A DNA stretch of 63,765 nucleotides, filler included. It is 9 parts of 9 records of this genome, joined end to end, with 100 filler letters (N's around TTAATTAATTAA, not from the genome) between each part and the next. Parts side by side here need not be neighbours in the genome. Positions count along the whole stretch, not along the records: positions 6,803 to 12,333 come from SRR31156797_72140; positions 12,434 to 22,825 come from SRR31156797_72205; 7 more parts are not named here. One strand, 5' to 3'. The translations under genes and the position numbers were made by a program. Under the pieces are notes generated by a model that saw only the letters and a list, made by a program, of their open reading frames with translations, did no database searches and was not told the origin of the DNA. Of the stretch, positions 8,763 through 18,762 are shown one piece after another (the stretch's first letter is position 1; every line of letters begins with the position of its first letter).

Positions 8763-10220
8763 TCACAGTTCCGAAGGGGAGAGATTCTTAATTTTCCGGA
8801 AAATTCGACTGAAGTAATTGGGATCCTGATAGCCCGTTCTGTAGGCTACCTCCTTGACGCTGAGACGCCTCTCCTTCAGCAGCTCCTCGGCCCTGTCGAT
8901 GCGGTAGCGGTTCAGGTAGTTCACAAAGGTCGTGTCAAGCTGATCCGAGAAGAGGTGGCTGAGATAACCGGTCGAGATAGAGCAGGCGTCCGCCACCGAA
9001 CCGAGGTAGATGGGTTCGCTGAAATGGGAGTGGATATAGGAAAGGGCCTTCCGCAGGGGAGGCGGCAGCTCCCCGGCCTTCTGTTCGGAGAGGTTCGCCA
9101 GAAGCCTGTTCAATCCCATGGGAGTCCATTGCTCCCAGGCGTCCTCCCCGCTGAGAACCGAGATCTCTTCCACGGCCGAGGATTCCTCGGGGAGCTCATC
9201 GGGGGAGCCATACCAGTCCAGTGTCTCGCGAAAGAGAGTGAAGGCTTCGATGAGCTTTCCCCTGGCGATGGGGAAATCATAGCGGGAGAGCAGATGAAGG
9301 CAGTAGCGTTTGTAGCCGTCTGCGAAGGGACTCTTCTCGCCTCGCTTCAGATTGCCCCGCAGCTGCTCGAGCTGTTCCATCTCCCAGCTCCTGGCGGAGA
9401 GATCCCGCTCCGAGCGGAAGGGTTCCAGGGCCTCCCTGTAGGAGTGGGCCAACTCATCATAAGGATAGATGCCCCCGTCGCCGACAAGGGGAGATTCACC
9501 GGATCGGGCTTCTTCCAGAAGACTCTTCAGGAACTGATAAACAGCGCTCAAATCCTGCTCTTCGGGAAAAAGGAAGAGCTGTCTCTGCCCGATAGACGCC
9601 GCGTAGCAGCGATACCGGTAGTTCAGTTTGTTCTTCAGAGTCTGCCGCTCTTCCGGATCCCCCCCCTCGACGATATAGAAAGCGGCTCTGTCCGCCTGAA
9701 ACCCGGCGCCGCGCTTAAACTCTTCCCACTCCTCCTTCTCAAGAGCGCCCCTGCTCAAGCGGATCAGAGCAAGCTGTTCCATCCGCTTCATGTCGTCCTG
9801 ATTCCGGCCGGCCCGGGAGAAAGAGCGGCTCCTGTTCTCCTTCCGCTTATCCAGAAGCTGCCTGACCTTGTCCAGTTCTTCCAGAAAAGCCCTCCGGGAT
9901 ACGGGTTTCACCAGATAGCTGAAGATTCCCAGACGAATCGCTTCCTGAGCGATATCGAAGCGCTCATAGGCCGTGGCGAGGATGAAAACCGTACCCGGAT
10001 AGTGCTGCCGGATCTGCCGGATGGTCTCGATGCCGTCTATTCCGGGCATCTGGATATCCATGAACACCACATCCGGTTTATGGTCGTCGCAAAGCTCAAT
10101 GGCGTCATAGCCGGAACGGGCTGTGGCGCAAAGCTCGAAATCCCGGGCATCCCGGGTCACGATCAGCGAAAAACTCTCAAGAACCGGTTCTTCATCATCA
10201 ACGATCATGACTTTATACAT
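8763..10220 (-). CDS. Two-component response regulator, REC + AraC HTH (YesN family)
   Basis: IVDDE, FMDIQMPGIDG, YLVKP and C-terminal GYQDPNYFSRIFRK. Confidence 0.92.
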   Translation of the reverse strand: MYKVMIVDDEEPVLESFSLIVTRDARDFELCATARSGYDAIELCDDHKPDVVFMDIQMPGIDGIETIRQIRQHYPGTVFILATAYERFDIAQEAIRLGIFSYLVKPVSRRAFLEELDKVRQLLDKRKENRSRSFSRAGRNQDDMKRMEQLALIRLSRGALEKEEWEEFKRGAGFQADRAAFYIVEGGDPEERQTLKNKLNYRYRCYAASIGQRQLFLFPEEQDLSAVYQFLKSLLEEARSGESPLVGDGGIYPYDELAHSYREALEPFRSERDLSARSWEMEQLEQLRGNLKRGEKSPFADGYKRYCLHLLSRYDFPIARGKLIEAFTLFRETLDWYGSPDELPEESSAVEEISVLSGEDAWEQWTPMGLNRLLANLSEQKAGELPPPLRKALSYIHSHFSEPIYLGSVADACSISTGYLSHLFSDQLDTTFVNYLNRYRIDRAEELLKERRLSVKEVAYRTGYQDPNYFSRIFRKIKNLSPSEL

Positions 10221-11689
10221 GGCTCAACCTCTCTGTCGATTCTGATAACGACCTCCGTCCCCTCGTCCTCAGCGGTGATGATGTCGATGACATCCTCCGT
10301 ATCGGGATAGAAAAAATAGCAGCGCTGAATAACATTCTCCAGCCCCATGACCTTGGAGGTGATGCTGTACTCTCCCGTATGGGGCTGCAATAGCCTCCCG
10401 ACGGTTTTTTCGGGGATCCCCGACCCATTGTCTTTTACGGAGATAAGCAGATAGCGATCCTGGGAGAAGATCCGGACCGAAACGATCCCTTCCCGGGGAC
10501 TGTCCTTAAAGGCATGGACCACCGAATTCTCAACAAGGGGCTGAATCACCATGGCCGGAACCTCGCAGCTGTCCAGAAGCCCGTCTTCCACATCCAGCAC
10601 AAAGCGCCTCGTCCTGGGGAAGCGGATACGGAGAATATCCAGATAGGAACGGAGCCCGTCGATCTCATGCCGAAGGGGGATAAAGAACTGCTGGTCCTTG
10701 AGATTGTGACGGAAGAGATTGGCAAGGTTCTCCATAAAGCCCGCCGTCCTCTCGGCGTCCTCGATATAGGCCAGCTGGACACCGGTGTTCAGGGTATTGA
10801 AAAGGAAGTGAGGGTTCATCTGGGCCTGCATGGTATAGAGTTCCATCCTCTTGAGCATCTGCTCCATCTCCATATTTCTCAGCCGGGCGTTCATCATGTC
10901 CCGCTCCATCTGCTTCTGATTCTGAAGCTCGCTGATATAGTGATGGATGCTGTGCTTCATCTCATTGAAGGCCTCGGCCACCTGATTGACCTCGTTCACC
11001 GAGTTCAGATGAACGTCAGCCGGAGAGAAATCCCCCCGGGACAGCTTCCCGGCCAGCTCTGCCAGGCTGTACATGGGGCTGGTAATCCGGTCCATGGTCA
11101 GCATGATCAGGGAGAAAGCGAAGCCCGCCCCCAGAAGCATCAGAAGGAAGTTGAACACATGCATCCTGCGAAACAGGTCTATGAAGGCCCTGTAATCCAC
11201 GGTGCCCTGCCGGAATCCGTACAGGGAAGCGTAATCGATCCTTTCGTTAATGAAACTCAAAAGAGACTGCATCTCCTCGTAGCGGATGGTATAGGCTTCT
11301 ATATTCCTTCCCCGCTTGAGCTCGATGATCTGATCTATCTGCTCCAGATAGGCCTCGATCAAAAATATGACTTCCCGCTTGATCTGTTTCACCTGGTCTG
11401 TCGACCTCGGACGATCGGAGGGCAAGTCGCTGCGCAGGTTTTGGGTCAGGATAAGAAGCCTGGAGAGGGATTTTGATGAGCGGGTGGAAAGGAACTCGAG
11501 CAGAGGCTCCTGAATTTCGGTCAGCTGCTTCTGGATTTCCTGCAGCTGCAGCTCATCATCGAACTGCCTGTCCGCCATGGTCTGGAGTTCCATGGAGAAT
11601 CCCATGATAAAGCCGAGGGCCAGAACGGTCACCATCAGGCTGATGGTGAAATAGAGGACGATGCGCGAACGCAGGGAGTTGCCTATCAT
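10205..11689 (-). CDS. Sensor histidine kinase, YesM/LytS family
   Basis: Two TM segments, HAMP, QAQMNPHFLFNTLN, QPLVENS and DNGSG. Confidence 0.92.
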   Translation of the reverse strand: MIGNSLRSRIVLYFTISLMVTVLALGFIMGFSMELQTMADRQFDDELQLQEIQKQLTEIQEPLLEFLSTRSSKSLSRLLILTQNLRSDLPSDRPRSTDQVKQIKREVIFLIEAYLEQIDQIIELKRGRNIEAYTIRYEEMQSLLSFINERIDYASLYGFRQGTVDYRAFIDLFRRMHVFNFLLMLLGAGFAFSLIMLTMDRITSPMYSLAELAGKLSRGDFSPADVHLNSVNEVNQVAEAFNEMKHSIHHYISELQNQKQMERDMMNARLRNMEMEQMLKRMELYTMQAQMNPHFLFNTLNTGVQLAYIEDAERTAGFMENLANLFRHNLKDQQFFIPLRHEIDGLRSYLDILRIRFPRTRRFVLDVEDGLLDSCEVPAMVIQPLVENSVVHAFKDSPREGIVSVRIFSQDRYLLISVKDNGSGIPEKTVGRLLQPHTGEYSITSKVMGLENVIQRCYFFYPDTEDVIDIITAEDEGTEVVIRIDREVEPCIKS

Positions 11690-12333
11690 TTGGAATCCTT
11701 CCCGGTGATGATATAGGCGTCCACATTGGAAAATACCGAAGAGCTGCCCGTCTCGGCTATCTCATAGAGGGTCTGCACCACCTGAATCCCTATTCTGTAG
11801 GAATTGGGAACGACCGCTCCCCCCAGAACGCCCTTATCGATGTAGTCCCTTATGGTAGGATCGTCTCCAAATCCTATGATCTCCATCTTCCCCACAAGAT
11901 TCCTGTCTACGATCACCTGAAGGGCCGCCATCGTATCATTCGGATCGGTCAGAATGAGAAGGTTCGTTTCCGGATGATCCCTCAGAACGGCGTTAACCCT
12001 CATCTCCGCATCCAGGGGGTTGGAATTGGTTTCGTCGTAGAAGACGGAATACTCCCGGCCTTCCAGGGCCAGACGGAATCCCAGTTCCAGGGTCTGCCGG
12101 TCCGCCAGCAGGCCGGGATTCTTCTCGCTGTAGAAGAAGGCGATCCGCGGCTCTACGCTCCGGCGTCTCTGAACCAGGTCCGCAATGATCTGCCCCACGT
12201 CGTAGCTGTTGGTCCCGACCATATAGAGGGTAGGATCGGTGGGGATAAGATGCTCGATCATAACCAGGGGAAAGGAGGAGTCGACCACCTCCCGGATCCT
12301 GTCCTGTACGACCTCCTGGTCGCCCAGGGGATA
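11686..12333 (-). CDS. Periplasmic sugar-binding sensor protein, XylFII-like (5' truncated)
   Basis: Peripla_BP-like VGTNSYDVG and IIGFGDD; stop overlaps the kinase start; frame appears open to the contig edge. Confidence 0.75.
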   Translation of the reverse strand, partial: YPLGDQEVVQDRIREVVDSSFPLVMIEHLIPTDPTLYMVGTNSYDVGQIIADLVQRRRSVEPRIAFFYSEKNPGLLADRQTLELGFRLALEGREYSVFYDETNSNPLDAEMRVNAVLRDHPETNLLILTDPNDTMAALQVIVDRNLVGKMEIIGFGDDPTIRDYIDKGVLGGAVVPNSYRIGIQVVQTLYEIAETGSSSVFSNVDAYIITGKDSK

Positions 12334-12433
12334 NNNNNNNNNNNNNNNNNNNNNNNNNNNNNNNNNNNNNNNNNNNNTTAATTAATTAANNNNNNNNNNN
12401 NNNNNNNNNNNNNNNNNNNNNNNNNNNNNNNNN
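12334..12433. other. Artificial contig spacer
   Basis: N44-TTAATTAATTAA-N44. Confidence 0.99.
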
Positions 12434-13641
12434 ATCAGTCTCCGGCAGAGGAGGAAGGCCAGGAGCATCAGGGCGCCGGCCGCTAAAAAGGGCAGAACCG
12501 GAGTCAGGGTGTAGAGTTCCGCCGCGAGGGCTCCCGCCGGAACGGAGAACAGACCGAAGAAGAAGTGCCCCGCCGACAGCTGGCGCGCCCTCTTGCCGTC
12601 TTCCAGGTGGTCGGCCCAGAGGCTGTCCAGGAGAGGCCGTATCATGGCCAGGCCCACCGCGTCCAGGACGATGGAACTCCAGAGGAGAAGGGAACCGAAG
12701 CGGACGGATATGACAAGCATGAAGAGGGAGAGGCCGTTCACTATGAACCCCGTAGCCAGGGATCCATTCCTTCCCGCCGCTGTAATCCTGGGGAGGACAA
12801 GGAGGAGGATGAACATGCTGATCAGCGAGCTGATCACCGGGACGAGGGAGAGGAGCGCTTCTTTGACGCCTGCTTCATTTTTGAGAAAGACAAAATAGAA
12901 GAGGGGCTTGAAGATCAGAAAGAACTGGTTTATCCCCTGAAGGCAGAACACGATCCGTCCCTTCCGGCTCCTGAGAATGTAAAGCAGCGCGTCCCTGAAT
13001 CCGCTGAGAGCGCCGCCGCGGGAGCGCTCGGGATGCTCGTCGGGTTCGTTCCAGGCGAAATGCCTGATGACGAACATGAGCGCCATGACGAGCCCTCCCA
13101 GAAGATAGAGGCGCTGCATGCCCGTTACCAGACCCGAATGGCTGACGAGGAGGCCCGCCAGAGGGGCGAATATCCCGCAGCAGAGGACCATGAAGTGGAG
13201 GCCGCTGTAGTTTCTCAAGCGCTGGCGTGAGTCGGCGTCCTCGGTCATCAGGCAGCTGAAGGATACGAAGACGACCTTATTGCTTCCGTTGAGCACGGCG
13301 GCGAGCAGAAAGAGGAGGACGCTGTCGCTGAACGCCCAGACCAAGCATGCCCCTCCCCAGGACAGCATATCGAAGAAAAGGGTCGTCCTTTTTCTGCCGA
13401 AGCGGTCCGTGATGATCCCAGAGAAGAGGGACGCGCTTATCTGGGTGATCACCAGGACCGTCTGCACCAGCCCTATCTGCCGTTCCGTCAGGCCCCGGGC
13501 CTGCATATAGAGGGTGGCGTAGACCAGGATCATATTGTAGCTGACCGCCCAGAAGGGTTCGGTAAAGAACACGACCCTCCCGTTATGGCTCATGCCCCTG
13601 AGACCGGGCAGCTTTCCGGTATTCTTTATCAGTTTGATCAT
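12434..13641 (-). CDS. MFS transporter (3' end at contig edge)
   Basis: About 12 TM segments; motif A GIITDRFGRKR. Confidence 0.88.
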
Positions 13642-13789
13642 ACTCGTCCCCCTATCCTCCGGATGGATTGTATCAGTACTTCCGGGGCTATGATAGAGCG
13701 GTATGCGCTGAAAGCCGGTAGGGGCATCTCTCTTGCCGGCGTGATCTCTTCACTCTGCTGGCGATCCCGGTTATTGAGCGGACAGGAGG

Positions 13790-14287
13790 TCACTTCAGGG
13801 GCAAAAGGGTGTGGACGGTTTTGACCGTCTCACCGTCAGGGCGGTCTGAATCGCTGCAGCTGAGAATCACGGGATAGCTTTTCCCGGCCTCCAGGGGGAT
13901 GTCGTATTCGTCCACCCTCGGTAGGGGCAGGGCAAAGGTCACTTCCGTCATCCCGTCGCTCTGACGCCCGGCCAGAACCTGAATGTCCTGGCTGCCTCCC
14001 AGCTCCATATCGTTCTCATGCGACAGCGCGTCCGTGCCGAAGTGGTCTTCCCCCATGGCGATGCCCATCATATCGTCTACCCATACCACAAGGACATCCG
14101 CTTCCCGGAGATCCGCCTGGGCTCCCAGCGCCAGAGAGATCCTTCCCCTGGAAGGGGCCTGTACGATAACGATCAGCCTGTCTCTGGATAGCTCCCAGCG
14201 GAAATCCAGTTCGGTCTCCCCGTTCTGAGCCGTAAGGCAGGGCAGAACGGAGAGGATCAGTATGGCTGTGAGAAGCGCTCTTTTCAT
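13790..14287 (-). CDS. Secreted DOMON-domain protein
   Basis: Signal peptide MKRALL...LTA; ISLALG...EADVLV, GEDHFG, DMELGG pattern typical of DOMON. Confidence 0.7.
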   Translation of the reverse strand: MKRALLTAILILSVLPCLTAQNGETELDFRWELSRDRLIVIVQAPSRGRISLALGAQADLREADVLVVWVDDMMGIAMGEDHFGTDALSHENDMELGGSQDIQVLAGRQSDGMTEVTFALPLPRVDEYDIPLEAGKSYPVILSCSDSDRPDGETVKTVHTLLPLK

Positions 14288-14572
14288 ATTCCTCATCTCC
14301 TGCGTTCTACCGGGATTCCCAGTGGAATCCCGATGATAATGGAAAAGGGTCCTGGAGTCTGGTGCGATGGAGCCTGACAGACTCGCAAGGGCCCGTTCCC
14401 TCTTTTCATCGGCAGCTTTTTCCCGTCCTCTGTGATTTCGCTCTCTTTTTTCTGGAAAAATACCCGATCCGGGTCGACAATGGGGGTGGAGTACCGTGGG
14501 GATTGGCAAAATCGGGACCATTCTTCAGCTTTGCGGCCTCCGGTGCGATCCCTATGGAAACAGGAGTCAACA

Positions 14573-15127
14573 ATGAATAAGAACCTGGCAGTATTGACGG
14601 CCGTGGGAAAAGACAGGATCGGAATCGTGGATGACCTGACCTCGGCTATCGAGGATCACCTTGGAAATATACTGGAAAGCCGCATGTCCGTTCTGGGAGG
14701 AGAGTTTGCCGTTATCATGCTGATCTCCGGACAGAAGAGGGCGCTCAGCAGCATCATCGGAGATCTGGACAGCCTGGAAGAGAACACGGGGCTGCGGATC
14801 GAGATAAAACCCACCGAGAGGCCTCAGATCGATAAGAACGGGATTCCCTATACCCTCAGCTGCGTCTCCCTGGACAGCCCGGGAATCATCCATACGGTGA
14901 CCCGTTACATCAGGCAGGAGGGGATCAATATCGAGAACCTGGAGACCGAGACCGCCTACGCTCCCTGGACGGGGGCTCCTCTTTTCAAGATGAAGGCCCA
15001 TGTGATCGTGCCCATGACCGTTTCCATACAGGAGGTAAGGGACGGCCTTAAGAACCTGGAACATGAGAAGGACCTTGACATCAGTTTCAAGGCCGTGACC
15101 GGGAAGAGCGGCGTCGGAAGCATATGA
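14573..15127 (+). CDS. gcvR: Glycine cleavage system regulator-like double ACT-domain protein
   Basis: TAVGKDRIGIV...NILESRMSVLGGEFA and DSPGIIH...INIENL; AGGAG Shine-Dalgarno before ATG 14573. Confidence 0.8.
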   Translation: MNKNLAVLTAVGKDRIGIVDDLTSAIEDHLGNILESRMSVLGGEFAVIMLISGQKRALSSIIGDLDSLEENTGLRIEIKPTERPQIDKNGIPYTLSCVSLDSPGIIHTVTRYIRQEGINIENLETETAYAPWTGAPLFKMKAHVIVPMTVSIQEVRDGLKNLEHEKDLDISFKAVTGKSGVGSI

Positions 15128-16086
15128 GGCATGATTCGGGTTCCGCCGACAGCCGGCACTACCTCTTTTTCCTGGATAAGAAGATGCTTATCGACGGGGA
15201 AAGGATCCTCCGCATAGGGAGGGACGCCTCCTGCGAGATCGTCCTGGACGAAAGGACCGTTTCCCGGGTTCACGCTGAGATCAGAAGGGAGGGGGATCAG
15301 GTCCGGCTGGTGGATCTGGAGAGCACCAACGGCATACAGGTGAACTACCGGGCCGTGAAGGATCATATCCTCAAGAACGAGGATCGCATCACGGTGGGGC
15401 CCTTTATCCTGGTGTACAGGGTTCTGGACGCAGAGAAGGGGATGCCCGTGCGGTCGGAGGAGAATCTGCTCTCCGAGACCCTGGTGATGGAGAGTAAGAT
15501 CGCCTCCATCCTCCAGAGCATTGAGGACGAGGAGATCAAGAACCAGCTTTTCGAGCTCAAGCACATCATCAACCGCTCCAAGGAGAAGCTCTCCCGGATG
15601 GCCCATATCGACCGCCTGACCCTTCTCTACAACCGCCGCTATTTCGACGACGCCCTGGCACGGGAGTCGGAGCGGGCCAGACGCTACGACCAGTCCCTCT
15701 GTCTGCTCCTGCTGGATATCGACTTCTTCAAGAAGGTGAACGACGTTCACGGCCATCAGAAAGGGGACCAGGTTCTCAGCGAGATCGCTTCGGTCATCAG
15801 CGACAATATCCGTATGAACGATATCGCCGCCCGATACGGCGGTGAGGAGATGGCGGTCATCCTGCCGGAGACGGTGATGGACAGCGCCTTGAGCTGTGCG
15901 GAGAAACTGCGCGCCGCCATTGAGACGGAATCGGAGGAGCGCTGCGGGCTGAAGATCACCGTCAGCGTCGGCGTTTCGGCCTATCTCCCCGGAGAGAAGG
16001 CGGTGGAGGAGCTGATCGGCCGGGCCGACGGCGCCCTCTACGACGCCAAGCAGAACGGCCGGAACCGGGTGGCCTACTCCTCCTGA
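15124..16086 (+). CDS. FHA-domain diguanylate cyclase
   Basis: FHA residues IGR / VSRVH / STNG; GGDEF domain with RYGGEEM and an RxxD I-site (RMND). Confidence 0.9.
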   Translation: MRHDSGSADSRHYLFFLDKKMLIDGERILRIGRDASCEIVLDERTVSRVHAEIRREGDQVRLVDLESTNGIQVNYRAVKDHILKNEDRITVGPFILVYRVLDAEKGMPVRSEENLLSETLVMESKIASILQSIEDEEIKNQLFELKHIINRSKEKLSRMAHIDRLTLLYNRRYFDDALARESERARRYDQSLCLLLLDIDFFKKVNDVHGHQKGDQVLSEIASVISDNIRMNDIAARYGGEEMAVILPETVMDSALSCAEKLRAAIETESEERCGLKITVSVGVSAYLPGEKAVEELIGRADGALYDAKQNGRNRVAYSS

Positions 16087-16613
16087 TCCCGGTCACCGCC
16101 GGGGAGGGGGTACGCGCCTGGGGCATCGTGACCGGCAGGCTGGTCCGGGGCCTTCGAGCCCGCCGCGCCTGACGGATCGCTCCCGTCCGGAGGCGGTTCT
16201 CCTGGGATCAGCAGGGAGGGCCTCCCCGCTTTCTTCCGGATGTAATCGATCCCCTTGTGGATGGCCTGGGTCCGGACCATTCTGATCTCGAGGGATCTTT
16301 TTCCAGGCAGATCCATCAGCCACAGTCCCGCCAGTATGGTCAGCAGCCCCTGTCCGGGGATGAAAAGCATAACCACCCCCATCGCGAGAAAGACAAGGCC
16401 CAGGCTGTTTTTTATCAGATGAAAGAGGATCCCGACGACGCCCTTCCGGAAACGGTAGCCACCCTCCCTTACGAAATAGTCACGGGGAATGCGGATAAGC
16501 AGGACCGGGAGAAGGATGAGGGTTCCGAAAAAGGTAATGAGGGAGAGGCCTCCCAGCAGAACGATGGGAGTGCCCGACAGGGCGGCTGGGAGATCAGAGA
16601 ACCAGGAGCCCAT
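16074..16613 (-). CDS. PGPGW-family membrane protein
   Basis: MLFIPGQGLLTILAGLWLMDLPGK motif. Confidence 0.8.
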   Translation of the reverse strand: MGSWFSDLPAALSGTPIVLLGGLSLITFFGTLILLPVLLIRIPRDYFVREGGYRFRKGVVGILFHLIKNSLGLVFLAMGVVMLFIPGQGLLTILAGLWLMDLPGKRSLEIRMVRTQAIHKGIDYIRKKAGRPSLLIPGEPPPDGSDPSGAAGSKAPDQPAGHDAPGAYPLPGGDRDQEE

Positions 16614-18747
16614 AATCGCTCAAGTCTCTGAATACGGATGAGGAGAGAAAGCCGTCCCCGTCGATGCCCATATGGGCCGCCAGCAAATCGAAATCGTCGA
16701 TAAGGAAGGGCTCCTTTTCCGGAAGGCTGCGTTCCAGCAGGCTCATGGCAAACTCGGCTTCCCGCTGAGAGAGGGGGAGCTCTTCCTGATAGTCGCTGCC
16801 CCTGAAGACAAGCCCCCGGGGGCTCTCCTCAGGAAGGGGCTCCAGCCAGAGCAGGCGGCTCCGGCCGTCCAGTTCCAGGCCCGCCGGAGAGTCCAGAAGC
16901 CTGCCTATCTCCCTGGCTCCCTTGTCGGGAACGGGGATGCGGAAGTCGAACCAGTGCTTCAGGGGCAGCTCCAGGCCCTTGCCCCGCATATAGTTGTACA
17001 GGGCCGTGTTCAGGCCCTTGCCGTAGGCATCCAGTTCCTCCGATTCCTGGCCGAACTGCAGGTCGTTCCGGGCGAAGCCCCTGTGCTCGGGCCCCGTGAT
17101 CCTGACCCCGAAGGCCTCGGGATTGAGTCCCACCGGGCTGTGGGCGGTCAGGGCGAAGCGGTGCCAGAAGGCGGACTGTACCAGGTCCCGGCTGAAGAGC
17201 TGTCTCACCACCTCCAGGGAGCTGATCAGTTCCCCGGCGCTCTGTCCGGGGAAGCCGTACATAAGATAGGCGTGTACCATGATCCCCGCATCCCGGAAGG
17301 CGGCGCAGACCCGGCTGACCTGGGTGACGTCCACCCCCTTGTCCATCAGCTTCAGCATCCTGTCTGAGGCCACCTCCAGGCCGCCGGATACGGCGATGCA
17401 GCCAGAACGGGCCAGGAGGCGGCAGAGGGCGGGGCTGAAGTTCTTTTCGAAGCGTATATTGGCCCACCAGCTTACGGCCGTCTTCCGGCGGATCAGCTCC
17501 AGGGCCAGCTCCTTGAGCAGGGCGGGGGGAGCGGCCTCGTCCACGAAGTGGAAGCTCCTTTTTCCCGTCTCGTTGACAAGCTGCTCCATCTGCTCCGCCA
17601 GCCGCGCTGCCGGGGCGGGGTCGAAGCGTCCGATATAGTCCAGGGAGGTATCGCAGAAGGCGCAGCGCTTCCAGTAGCAGCCGTGTGCCGCCATCATCTT
17701 GATCCAGGGGCCCTCGCTCCAGAGGCGGTGCATGGGATTCTCCCTGTCGGCAAGGCAGAGATAGGCGCCCATCCTCAGGTCCGAGTAGTCCGGGGCGGGC
17801 CGCTCCCGGTGGCGGATACGGGTCCCGTCGTCATGGAAAACCCATGCGTCCCGTTCCGGGAGGAAGCAGCGGATCCTGCGGGGCCGGTCCGGGTACTCAA
17901 GACTGAACGCCAGGGCCTCCAGGGCGTCCTCGCCGTCGTCCAGGGTGACCGAATCGAAGAACTCGGCCAGGCGGATGTCTTCCAGCTGACGGAGTTCGGT
18001 GTTGACGTAGCCGCCTCCCAGGGTCAGATGGGCATCCGGGCAGATCTTTCTCAGCGCAGCGGCGCCCCTCAGGGCCTCCAGCAGATTGCCGGGAAAGGGG
18101 ACGGAGAAGCCGACCAGATCGGGACGGAACTCCCCGCAGACCTCCTCCAGCAGCTCCCTGTGGATGCGGCTGACCGCCGATCCGTTCTCCTTCCCCTTCT
18201 CGTAAAGGGGATCGAAGGAAGGGGGGGAGAGGGCCAGGTGGTCGGCGTAGCGGCTGAAGCCGAAATCGGGATCGTTTACCTGTTTGTGGAAATCCGCCAG
18301 GTCCTCCAGGAAGAGGGTCGCCCTGAGGCGGGCCCTGTCGCTCGTATCGGCAGCTCCGCCGGGAAGGGAGGGGTCCGACTCCAGCGCGAGGAAGCGCTCC
18401 CCCTCGGGGAGGTAGCCGGGGCGGCAGAGGATATGGGCCAGCGCCGCATCCCTGCCCTGCAGAAAGTCCAGAACCGGATTCAGGCACTCCCTGTACCGAT
18501 CCCTGAGCCGCCAGGTCCTCAGGAGCGCATCATTCTCCCTCAGGCAATCATGGGTTTCGGGAGAACACTCTCCGAAAACATATTGATCCAGTCCGTCCCG
18601 GCTGAAGAGCCTGAGAGAAACCTCCAGCCCCGTATCCGCCTGACGGACCCGGTGTCCCTTGCCCTTGAGCCAGGCCTTGAGGAAGGCCGTGGCGGGGTAG
18701 GGTGTGTTGAGCTGACAGAAAGGCGGGGTGATCAGGAGGATATTCAT
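16594..18747 (-). CDS. B12-binding domain radical SAM protein
   Basis: QLNTPYPA N-terminus, LGGGY, GCYWKRCAFC and FHFVDEA. Confidence 0.88.
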   Translation of the reverse strand: MNILLITPPFCQLNTPYPATAFLKAWLKGKGHRVRQADTGLEVSLRLFSRDGLDQYVFGECSPETHDCLRENDALLRTWRLRDRYRECLNPVLDFLQGRDAALAHILCRPGYLPEGERFLALESDPSLPGGAADTSDRARLRATLFLEDLADFHKQVNDPDFGFSRYADHLALSPPSFDPLYEKGKENGSAVSRIHRELLEEVCGEFRPDLVGFSVPFPGNLLEALRGAAALRKICPDAHLTLGGGYVNTELRQLEDIRLAEFFDSVTLDDGEDALEALAFSLEYPDRPRRIRCFLPERDAWVFHDDGTRIRHRERPAPDYSDLRMGAYLCLADRENPMHRLWSEGPWIKMMAAHGCYWKRCAFCDTSLDYIGRFDPAPAARLAEQMEQLVNETGKRSFHFVDEAAPPALLKELALELIRRKTAVSWWANIRFEKNFSPALCRLLARSGCIAVSGGLEVASDRMLKLMDKGVDVTQVSRVCAAFRDAGIMVHAYLMYGFPGQSAGELISSLEVVRQLFSRDLVQSAFWHRFALTAHSPVGLNPEAFGVRITGPEHRGFARNDLQFGQESEELDAYGKGLNTALYNYMRGKGLELPLKHWFDFRIPVPDKGAREIGRLLDSPAGLELDGRSRLLWLEPLPEESPRGLVFRGSDYQEELPLSQREAEFAMSLLERSLPEKEPFLIDDFDLLAAHMGIDGDGFLSSSVFRDLSDYGLLVL

Positions 18748-18762
18748 ACGGCGGCAAACGCT

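Noticed and set aside
8694-10310. Long antisense ORFs (e.g. 8694-10310, 17548-19041, 4032-5207, 30087-31247, 41274-42437)
   Set aside because: Shadow frames opposite well-supported genes in high-GC DNA, with no recognisable motifs.
14410-14545. GGCCGCAAAGC...GCTGCCGA on the minus strand resembling a c-di-GMP-I riboswitch; also checked for a glycine riboswitch before gcvR
   Set aside because: Spacing is too long, there is no GNRA-capped P2, and the glycine aptamer's CUCUCAGG motif is missing.
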